A stretch of DNA of 64,000 bases. Origin: an uncultured Thiothrix sp. (GTDB lineage Bacteria; Pseudomonadota; Gammaproteobacteria; Thiotrichales; Thiotrichaceae). A program made the translations under genes and the position numbers. Below, in pieces: positions 18,952 to 26,579 of this stretch (the first letter of the stretch is position 1; each line of letters starts with the position of its first letter). The notes under the pieces were generated by a model. That model did no database searches, was not told where the DNA came from, and saw nothing but the letters and a program-made list of their open reading frames with translations. The DNA lies in NCBI GenBank assembly GCA_964420315.1, contig CAYQTB010000001.1:24310-88309 (forward strand). The letters run 5' to 3'.

Positions 18952-21900
18952 ATGCCTGTTAACAAAACCGCTGATACCCGACCTGCTGAATCCCTCGATT
19001 TGACTGCGCCAGTAGCACCGCCTACGCCACCTAAGCAGCAAGGTCTCAACTTGCCGGGTAAAGCCGCTGCCAAACCTGCGGTCAAGCCTGCCGCCAGCGA
19101 TGAAACCCCGATCATTTCCTACCGCCACGGCGAAACCCGCAAAAACAACCCCGAAGTGGGCATGGTCAACGATGCCAATGACCCCGCACAGCCCCAGACT
19201 GAATGGGCGCATAATCCGCACCTTGCCCCCGAATTGCAGTTTGATTCCAGCCGGGCGGCGGTGGAGCAATTGATTGATGGGGCGCTGGCGAGTGGTGATG
19301 CGGCGGTGATGCGCGAGGCGTTGGCGGAATTGAAGCGGATGCAGTCGCCGTTTTTGAATTGGGCGGGGAAGGCGGAACGTACCAGCTTTGCGGTGGATAC
19401 GGTGAGCTTGCATGTGCATGAGCGGATTGACCCGTTGAGTATTTTGTCGGCGTTGCAGAAGGGGATGAAGAAGAACCCCCCATCCCCAGCCCTTCCCCCG
19501 CAAGGGGTGAAGGGAGCGAAGAGGGCGGGTTCGTTTCAGTTGGGGTTGTTTAATGCGCCGTTTGAGAATTTGCCGTTGCGGGATGCGGTGGATTTTTACC
19601 ATCACGATAAGGGGTGGTCGAATCGTTTGGTGGCGGGGGATTCGTTGCTGGTGATGAATTCCTTGTTACAGAAGGAAAGCATGGCGGGGCAGGTGCAGAT
19701 GATCTACCTTGATCCGCCGTATGGGATTAAGTATGGCTCGAATTTCCAGCCGTTTGTGAACAAGCGCGATGTCAAAGACCGCAAGGATGAGGATTTGACG
19801 CAAGAGCCGGAAATGATCAAGGCGTTTCGGGATACGTGGGAACTGGGCATCCACTCGTATTTGACCTACTTGCGTGACCGCTTGCTGTTGGCACGCGACC
19901 TGCTTGCTGACAGCGGCTCAATCTTCGTCCAAATCTCCGACGAAAACTTGCACCACGTCCGCGAACTCCTCGACGAAATTTTCGGTGTCGAAAACTTTGT
20001 CGCCATTGTTACTGTTACAAAAACAACAGGAGCAGGTAGTCCAGAAATAGGTACGACAACTATTGCTTCAATTTGTGATTATATTGTTTGGTATTCAAAG
20101 AAAAAAATAGATATGAAATATAATCAGCTATTTAAGGCGAAGGTCGCAGGTGACGAAGGTGGTTCTCGATACAAATTAATGAATCAGCATGACGGTCGTT
20201 ATGCAACCACATCAGATATAAGATCGCAAAGCGGTGGAGAAACAACTTCTTTTCCAATCAATTTTTGTGGAAGAGTTTTTAAGCCGTCACCAATGTTTTG
20301 GAAAACGAATTTATCAGGATCAAATAGCCTTAAGCTATCTGGACGATTAGTTATCGAAGGCAATACTCTCAGGTTTTTGCGATTTTTAGATGATTTTCCT
20401 GTTTCACCGCTGAATAATATTTGGACAGATGTTGGTGGCATACAGAGTCGCACTGATTCTAAAATTTATGTCGTTCAAAGTGCGGTAAAATTGATTGAGC
20501 GGTGTATGTTGATGACGACGGAGCCGGGGGATTTGGTGTTTGACCCGACGTGCGGCAGCGGCACAACTGCTTTCGTGGCGGAGAAGTGGGGGCGACGCTG
20601 GATTACCTGCGATACCTCACGGGTAGCCGTAACGCTGGCAAAACAACGTTTGATGACCGCCAGCTTTGACTACTTCGACCTCAAATACCCGCAAGAAGGC
20701 TTGAAAGGCGGCTTTATCTACAAAACCGTCCCGCACGTCACGCTCAAATCCATCGCCAATAATCCCGAAATCGACATGATTTACGAGAAGATGCACCCGG
20801 CGGTGGAGCAAGCATTGGCGGAGTTGAATGCTGCGCTTGCCCTCACCCTAATCCTCCCCCGCAAGGGGGGCGGGAACAAGAACCTCTCCGAAACACCTTC
20901 TTCGCTCCCTTCACCCCTTGCGGGGGAAGGGTTGGGGATGGGGGGGATTGCCGAATGGGATGTGCCGTTCGCTTTTCCCGCCGATTGGCCAGAAGCCGCA
21001 CGCGCCCCATTCGAGGCATTCCACACCGCCCGCCAAGCCATGCAACGCCGCATGGACGACAGCATCGCCGCCAACGCCGGACAAGAAACCCTCTACGACC
21101 AGCCACAAATCGCCAAAGACAAACTGCGCATCACCGGCCCGTTTTCACTCGAAGCCGTGCCATTCCCCACCGTGCTATCCCTCAACGACGCGGCACAACC
21201 CGCCCAAGCCGACAACAGCATCGCCCGCAGCGGTGAAACCTCCCGCCAAACCCAATGGCGCGATGAGTTGATGAAAACCGGCATCCGTGGCAAAAACAAA
21301 CAGATGCTCAAATTCGCCGAACTCGAAACCCTGCCCGGCACGCGCTACCTGCACAGCGGCGGCACTCTCGACACCGGTGAGCGCGTGGTGGTCAGCTTCG
21401 GCCCTGAACACGCCGCCCTCGAACAACGCCAAGTCGAAAACGCCCTGCGCGAAGCCGGTGAGTTGTTCCCGCTGCCGAAAATGATCGTGTTCTGCGCCTT
21501 CACCTTCGACCCCGAAGCCGCCAAGGACATCGACGCGACCAAAGGCATCACTGCCCTGAAAGCGCAAATGAACACCGACCTGCTCACCGAAGACCTGAAA
21601 AAACAACGCGCCAACAACCAAAGTTTCTGGCTGATGGGGCAACCCGACGTGGAAGTGCGCAAACGCAAAGACGGTCTTTACGAAGTCGAAGTCCACGGTT
21701 TCGACTACTTCGACACCACCAAGGGCGAGTTGCAATCCGGCGGCAAAAACCGCATCGCCGTGTGGTCGCTGGATACGGATTACGACAACCGTTCCCTGTT
21801 CCCTGCACAAGTTTTCTTCCCGATGGCTGGCAAACAAGACGGCTGGTATAAACTCAAGAAAGACATCCGTGCTGAACTCGACGAAACGCGGCTGGATGCG

Positions 21901-22011
21901 TTCCACGGCACAGTTTCCTTGCCGTTTGTCGCAGGCGACCACAAGCGCATTGCCGTCAAAATCGTGGATGACCGTGGGATAGAATCGCTGAAAGTGATGG
22001 AGTTGGAGTAA
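18952..22011 (+). CDS. mod: site-specific DNA methyltransferase, beta-class N6/N4 (type III Mod-like), 1019 aa
   Basis: Motif IV IYLDPPYG (DPPY codons 19711-19722) precedes motif I FDPTCGSGTT (about 20539-20568). This is the beta permutation, with the TRD between the two motifs. The C-terminal tail ..RIAVKIVDDRGIE is typical of this long Mod family. Confidence 0.9.
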   Translation: MPVNKTADTRPAESLDLTAPVAPPTPPKQQGLNLPGKAAAKPAVKPAASDETPIISYRHGETRKNNPEVGMVNDANDPAQPQTEWAHNPHLAPELQFDSSRAAVEQLIDGALASGDAAVMREALAELKRMQSPFLNWAGKAERTSFAVDTVSLHVHERIDPLSILSALQKGMKKNPPSPALPPQGVKGAKRAGSFQLGLFNAPFENLPLRDAVDFYHHDKGWSNRLVAGDSLLVMNSLLQKESMAGQVQMIYLDPPYGIKYGSNFQPFVNKRDVKDRKDEDLTQEPEMIKAFRDTWELGIHSYLTYLRDRLLLARDLLADSGSIFVQISDENLHHVRELLDEIFGVENFVAIVTVTKTTGAGSPEIGTTTIASICDYIVWYSKKKIDMKYNQLFKAKVAGDEGGSRYKLMNQHDGRYATTSDIRSQSGGETTSFPINFCGRVFKPSPMFWKTNLSGSNSLKLSGRLVIEGNTLRFLRFLDDFPVSPLNNIWTDVGGIQSRTDSKIYVVQSAVKLIERCMLMTTEPGDLVFDPTCGSGTTAFVAEKWGRRWITCDTSRVAVTLAKQRLMTASFDYFDLKYPQEGLKGGFIYKTVPHVTLKSIANNPEIDMIYEKMHPAVEQALAELNAALALTLILPRKGGGNKNLSETPSSLPSPLAGEGLGMGGIAEWDVPFAFPADWPEAARAPFEAFHTARQAMQRRMDDSIAANAGQETLYDQPQIAKDKLRITGPFSLEAVPFPTVLSLNDAAQPAQADNSIARSGETSRQTQWRDELMKTGIRGKNKQMLKFAELETLPGTRYLHSGGTLDTGERVVVSFGPEHAALEQRQVENALREAGELFPLPKMIVFCAFTFDPEAAKDIDATKGITALKAQMNTDLLTEDLKKQRANNQSFWLMGQPDVEVRKRKDGLYEVEVHGFDYFDTTKGELQSGGKNRIAVWSLDTDYDNRSLFPAQVFFPMAGKQDGWYKLKKDIRAELDETRLDAFHGTVSLPFVAGDHKRIAVKIVDDRGIESLKVMELE
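19476..19523. repeat. GC-rich palindromic (REP/MITE-like) unit inserted in frame within mod
   Basis: Sequence: ccccccatccccagcccttcccccgcaaggggtgaagggagcgaagag. It holds an internal hairpin (cccttcccc-gcaa-ggggtgaaggg) and translates as NPPSPALPPQGVKGAKR. Its reverse complement matches 20900-20945. Confidence 0.8.
20000..20510 (+). other. low-GC segment of mod corresponding to the target recognition domain
   Basis: Hand counts give 40/120 GC (20041-20160) and 45/120 GC (20161-20280), against 68/120 in a res sample (24001-24120). The segment lies between the DPPY and FxGxG motifs. Confidence 0.7.
20838..20946. repeat. composite GC-rich palindromic repeat (two hairpin modules) inserted in frame within mod
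   Basis: Module 1 is tcctcccccgcaaggggggcggga (about 20853-20876). Module 2 (20900-20945) matches the reverse complement of 19476-19521 at 45 of 46 positions (hand alignment). It translates as LILPRKGGGNKNLSETPSSLPSPLAGEGLGMGG. Confidence 0.8.
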
Positions 22012-22015
22012 GTAA

Positions 22016-23167
22016 ATGTTCATAACCCGTATCAAACTGAAAAACTGGAAAAACTTTCGGGAGGTGGATGTTCCGCTGTTTCCGCAAACCTACCTGATCG
22101 GCCCGAATGCCTCCGGCAAATCCAACTTTCTGGACGTGTTCCGTTTTTTGCGTGACGTAGCAAAACCTTCGGGTGGTGGCCTGCAAAAAGCCGTAGAAGA
22201 CCGGGGGGGCATCGGCAAATTACGCTGCCTGCACGCCCGCAAGGATACCGAAGTCAAAATTGAAATTGATCTGGCTTTGTCGCTGGATGCAGAACCTGTC
22301 TGGAAATATGTATTGGGTTTTAAAGCCGAAGGTGTAGGTCGCCAACGTACCCAAGTCACTCAGGAATTGGTTATCAAAGATGGCAAGGTTATCCTTAGCC
22401 GCCCAGACCATGATGATGGCAGTGACCGTGAACGTCTGACCCAAACCTACTTGGAGCAAATCAGTTCCAATAAGGCATTCCGTGAGATCGTGGAGTTTTT
22501 TGCTGTCACTACTTACTTGCATATCGTGCCGCAACTGTTGAAATATGGCGACAAAATTGGCGGCAACCCGTTGGAAGAAGACCCATTGGGGCAGAAGTTT
22601 CTGGAGAGGATAGCCGATACCACCGAAAGGACACGCAAGGCACGGCTGGATAAAATTGAAGAGGCACTGAAAGTTGCTGTCCCCCGTTTTGAGGCGATCC
22701 GCTTCGTACGTGACGAGAAAAATGGTCATCCACATCTGGAAGCCTTATACGGACATCATCGCCCCAATGCAGGTTGGCAACGTGAAGACCAGTTTTCTGA
22801 CGGTACACTACGCCTGTTGGGGTTGTTGTGGATGTTGATGGAAGGTGACTCGCTACTCCTGATGGAAGAACCAGAACTGTCACTTAACAATGCCATTGTC
22901 GAACGTATCCCCGAACTGATTTACCGCATCCAGCGCAAGACCAAGTACAAGCGGCAAGTATTGATCAGCACCCACAGCGCAGCCCTGCTCAGTAATCCGG
23001 GCATCGACAGCCGCGCAGTGTTGATGTTGGAACCGGGTTCAGAGGGAACGCACATCCGCCCACCCAATACAGAAGAGTTGACCACGGTTAATGCTGGTTT
23101 TTCTGCTGCTGAAGTGTTGCTACCCAAAATAAGACCACAAAATATTGAGCAACTGGGACTATTCTGA
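22016..23167 (+). CDS. ABC-type (AAA_15/AAA_21-like) ATPase, OLD/AbiL/PARIS-like ATPase component
   Basis: 383 aa; N-terminus FITRIKLKNWKNF; Walker A GPNASGKSNFLD; signature-like FSDGTLRLLGL; Walker B LLLMEEPELSL; H-loop ISTHS. Confidence 0.8.
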   Translation: MFITRIKLKNWKNFREVDVPLFPQTYLIGPNASGKSNFLDVFRFLRDVAKPSGGGLQKAVEDRGGIGKLRCLHARKDTEVKIEIDLALSLDAEPVWKYVLGFKAEGVGRQRTQVTQELVIKDGKVILSRPDHDDGSDRERLTQTYLEQISSNKAFREIVEFFAVTTYLHIVPQLLKYGDKIGGNPLEEDPLGQKFLERIADTTERTRKARLDKIEEALKVAVPRFEAIRFVRDEKNGHPHLEALYGHHRPNAGWQREDQFSDGTLRLLGLLWMLMEGDSLLLMEEPELSLNNAIVERIPELIYRIQRKTKYKRQVLISTHSAALLSNPGIDSRAVLMLEPGSEGTHIRPPNTEELTTVNAGFSAAEVLLPKIRPQNIEQLGLF

Positions 23168-23766
23168 TGATCCATATTTGTCTGGCAACAGAGGATGCCC
23201 TGTCGGCAGCGGTGGCTGAAAAACTGCTGGCAGTTTCAGGCAAACCCTTCCAGATCACTCAGCGGCTGGGTAACAGCGGGTTTGGCTACCTGAAAAAACG
23301 GTTGCCTAATTTCAACCAAATAGCTGTCAATGTCATGCCGGTTTTGCTGCTGACAGACCTTGACAGGACGGATTGTGTCTTAGGTTTCATTGAAGATTGG
23401 ACAAAGGGGATGTCTGTATCAGAACGCCTGCTATTCCGTGTTGTGGTGCGTGAAATTGAAGCATGGTTGTTGGCAGACCAACAAGCCTTTGCGGACTTGT
23501 TGGGAATTGATTCAACCCTGTTACCCAATGAACCAGAAAATCTCCTAGACCCCAAACAGGCATTGCTGAATTTGGTCAGGCGCTCCAAGCAACGCAAGCT
23601 GAAAGACATGATCCTACCCGGAAAAAACACCAACAATACAGTTGGTCTAGGCTACAACACTGAGCTTGTTCGCTATGTGAGGGAATACTGGAATCCACTT
23701 ACCGCAGCCGAGTCTGCTCCAAGCCTTGCGCGTACTTTGAAAAGAATTAATGAGCTTGCTTCATGA
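23167..23766 (+). CDS. small Toprim-like protein (DUF4276-like), putative nuclease partner of the ATPase
   Basis: 199 aa. Strand-Glu start IHICLATEDALS, acidic DxD-type motif LLLTDLDRTDC, then REIEAWLLAD. This layout resembles Toprim/DUF4276. 1-nt overlap (TGATG) with the ATPase gene. Family call from memory only. Confidence 0.5.
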   Translation: MIHICLATEDALSAAVAEKLLAVSGKPFQITQRLGNSGFGYLKKRLPNFNQIAVNVMPVLLLTDLDRTDCVLGFIEDWTKGMSVSERLLFRVVVREIEAWLLADQQAFADLLGIDSTLLPNEPENLLDPKQALLNLVRRSKQRKLKDMILPGKNTNNTVGLGYNTELVRYVREYWNPLTAAESAPSLARTLKRINELAS

Positions 23767-26576
23767 CCGCCCCCCAATCCCTGATCATCAACAGCCCCTA
23801 CGCCTGCCCGCAACGGCATTGGCGCAAGGCAACGCAAAACAGTTCCACTACGCCCAAATTAGAGCAGGTAGTCGGTCGCCGCCCCGCCAGTTACGAAATC
23901 TTTGACACCCGCAACAACACCAGCCGCGAAGTCGAATTGCCGCTGGTTAACCAAATCCGTGAACGGGTGGACGCATGGCGCACCGCAGGCTACCCCGGCA
24001 TCAGCTCCATCACCCGCAGCTTGCTGGAGCATTGGCATGACAGCACTGCCCGCGATTACCCATTCTATTTCTGCCAACTGGAAGCCATCGAAACCCTGAT
24101 CTGGTGGGTGGAAGCCCTGCCTGATTACAAGCAAGGCATTGCGATTGAAGGCGACGGCGGTGCGTGGGAACGTTTGTGCAGCAAAATGGCGACAGGTACA
24201 GGCAAAACTACCGTGATGGCGATGCTGATTACCTGGCAGGTACTCAACGCTCTTGCATTTCCTAAGCGTCACAAGGAATTTTCCAGCACTATCCTGATCA
24301 TTGCACCGGGTTTGACCGTCAAGGAACGCTTGCAGGTATTGCAGCCGGGGGCAGCCGCCAACTATTACGATGCGTTCAGCCTTTGCCCCAACGCCTCACT
24401 ACGCCACAAACTCAACCAGATGGAACTGTTGATTGAGAACTGGCACACCTTAATGCCGTTAACAGAACCGGAACGTTCGGTACAGAAAAAAGGTGCAGAA
24501 AACGATGAAGCCTTTACCCGTCGGGTATTGGGCAAGCTGGCAAACAAGCGCGGTCTGCTGGTGATCAACGACGAAGCCCACCACGCTTACCGCAAACCCG
24601 CTGAACTCAAGATCAGCAAGGCACAAGCCGCCGAACAGGGCATTGATCTGGATGAAGCGACCCGCTGGATTGAGGGGCTAGACCGCATCCACAAAACCCG
24701 CCGCATTGCCCGCTGTTTTGACCTGTCCGCTACCCCGTTTGCGCCCACGGGTAAGCGCAACACCGAGTCGGCACTGTTCCCGTGGGTCATTTCTGATTTT
24801 GGCTTGTACGATGCGATTGAAGCCGGGCTGGTGAAAACCCCGCGTGTGGTGGTGCGCGATGATGCGTTACCGAATGCCAAAACCTACCGCCCCAAGCTCT
24901 ACCACTTATATGCCGAAGCCGATGTCGCCGAGGATTTGAACCGCAAAGGCGCACAAGCCACCGAACCCTTGCCGGAATTGGTGCAAACCGCCTACACCTT
25001 GCTGGGGGCGGATTGGCGTGCCGCATTACACCGTTGGCAAGCGGCAGGGCACACTTCACCGCCCGTCATGTTGACAGTATGCAACCGCACCGAAACCGCC
25101 GCGCGGGTGGAGCATTATTTTCGGGCAGGTGATGCGCATTGGGCAGAATTGCAAGCCCCCGAACGCACCTTGCGCGTCGATTCCAGAGTGCTGGAGAAAG
25201 CCGAAGTGGGGGAAACCGCAACGGCTGACAAAGGCTACGAAGCCCAGCTTCAGGCCATTATCCACGCTGCCAATATCCCCGTGACCCGCAAACAGGAACT
25301 GCAAGCCCTGAAGAAAGAGGAGTTGCTGCGCGAGATCATTGATAACGTCGGCAAACGCGGCACGGCTGGGCAGGATTTGCAAAACGTGATTTCCGTTGCG
25401 ATGCTCTCGGAAGGTTGGGATGCCAAAAACGTCACCCACATCATGGGTTTACGCGCCTTTTCCAGCCAATTGTTGTGTGAGCAGGTAATCGGGCGCGGTT
25501 TGCGGCGCGTGTCCTACGACCGGGACGAAAACGGCCTGTTCATCCCCGAATACGTGAACGTGTTTGGTGTGCCGCTGTCCATTTTTCAGGATGTGGGGGA
25601 TGGTGGCGAACCACCCCCGCCGCCCAAACCCAGCACCCAGATCAAATCACTGCCAGAACGCCACGCGCTGGCAATCCGCTGGCCTAATGTGTTGCGTATT
25701 GACACCGTAGTCTGCCCGGAATTGCATATCGACTGGTCACAGGTAGAAACACTCACGCTTGACCCGGCATTAACGCCAGTTTCCGCTGATCTAGCACCGG
25801 CCTTGGGGGGCGCAACGGCACTGGATCAGGTACACGGCATCGACCTTGCGTTATTGCCAGAAGGTTTCCGCCTGCAACGGCTGGTGTTCCGTGCTGCCCA
25901 AAAAGCCTTCGACCAATTACAGGCCGCTTTTAAAGGCAACCGTGAATACCTGTTGCTGCAACTGATTCGTTTGGTGGAGCAATTTATTGGTTCTGAGGTG
26001 CTGCGCATCCCGTCCGATTACCACCAAGAACCGTTACGCAAACGCATTCTGATTGGGTTGAATATCGACATCATCGTCCAGCACCTGTTGCGCTTTGTGA
26101 CCGAACAGAACAGCGAACGGCTGGAGCCGGTTTTTGATACGGATAAGCCGCAATCCTCCACTGCCGATATGCCCGTCTGGTACAGCACCAAGCCCTGTTT
26201 TGAAACCACTAAGTCGCCCATTTCCCATGTCGTCGATGACAGTACGTGGGAGCATTACGTCGCGGGTGTGCTGGAAAAATCGGAATTGGTACGCAGCTAT
26301 GCCAAGAACGATCACTTGGGCTTTCAGGTGTTGTACCTGTGGCGCGGTTCCAAACGGCGTTATGTGCCCGATTTCCTGATCCGTTTGGCAAACGGTAAAA
26401 CACTGGTGCTGGAAATCAAGGGCAAACACTCTGAACAGGCCACCGCCAAACGTGCTGCGCTGGATACATGGGTAGCCGCCATCAACAGCAGCGGCGGCTT
26501 TGGGGAATGGTGTGCCGCTGTGATTTTCGAGCCTGCTAAGATTTACGACACGCTGGCACAGCACGGGGAAGCCTAA
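23763..26576 (+). CDS. res: type III restriction enzyme Res subunit (SF2 helicase plus PD-(D/E)XK nuclease)
   Basis: 937 aa; Walker A KMATGTGKTT; DEAH box VINDEAHHAY; motif VI QVIGRGLRR; C-terminal nuclease motif YVPDFLIRL..LVLEIKG. ATGA overlap at 23763-23766. Confidence 0.9.
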   Translation: MTAPQSLIINSPYACPQRHWRKATQNSSTTPKLEQVVGRRPASYEIFDTRNNTSREVELPLVNQIRERVDAWRTAGYPGISSITRSLLEHWHDSTARDYPFYFCQLEAIETLIWWVEALPDYKQGIAIEGDGGAWERLCSKMATGTGKTTVMAMLITWQVLNALAFPKRHKEFSSTILIIAPGLTVKERLQVLQPGAAANYYDAFSLCPNASLRHKLNQMELLIENWHTLMPLTEPERSVQKKGAENDEAFTRRVLGKLANKRGLLVINDEAHHAYRKPAELKISKAQAAEQGIDLDEATRWIEGLDRIHKTRRIARCFDLSATPFAPTGKRNTESALFPWVISDFGLYDAIEAGLVKTPRVVVRDDALPNAKTYRPKLYHLYAEADVAEDLNRKGAQATEPLPELVQTAYTLLGADWRAALHRWQAAGHTSPPVMLTVCNRTETAARVEHYFRAGDAHWAELQAPERTLRVDSRVLEKAEVGETATADKGYEAQLQAIIHAANIPVTRKQELQALKKEELLREIIDNVGKRGTAGQDLQNVISVAMLSEGWDAKNVTHIMGLRAFSSQLLCEQVIGRGLRRVSYDRDENGLFIPEYVNVFGVPLSIFQDVGDGGEPPPPPKPSTQIKSLPERHALAIRWPNVLRIDTVVCPELHIDWSQVETLTLDPALTPVSADLAPALGGATALDQVHGIDLALLPEGFRLQRLVFRAAQKAFDQLQAAFKGNREYLLLQLIRLVEQFIGSEVLRIPSDYHQEPLRKRILIGLNIDIIVQHLLRFVTEQNSERLEPVFDTDKPQSSTADMPVWYSTKPCFETTKSPISHVVDDSTWEHYVAGVLEKSELVRSYAKNDHLGFQVLYLWRGSKRRYVPDFLIRLANGKTLVLEIKGKHSEQATAKRAALDTWVAAINSSGGFGEWCAAVIFEPAKIYDTLAQHGEA

Positions 26577-26579
26577 ATC

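Noticed and set aside
20940-20946. Poly-G tracts as slipped-strand phase-variation sites: G7 in mod at 20940-20946 and G7 in the ATPase gene at 22203-22209.
   Set aside because: The tracts are short. An equal or longer G8 run occurs in housekeeping yhdP (47381-47388), so G-runs of this size appear to be background for this genome.
20918-21271. ORFs containing peptides such as MRGKGWGWGG / PLRGKGWGWG, which could look like small Gly/Trp-rich proteins.
   Set aside because: They are alternate-frame or alternate-strand translations of the palindromic repeat units inside mod, not genes.
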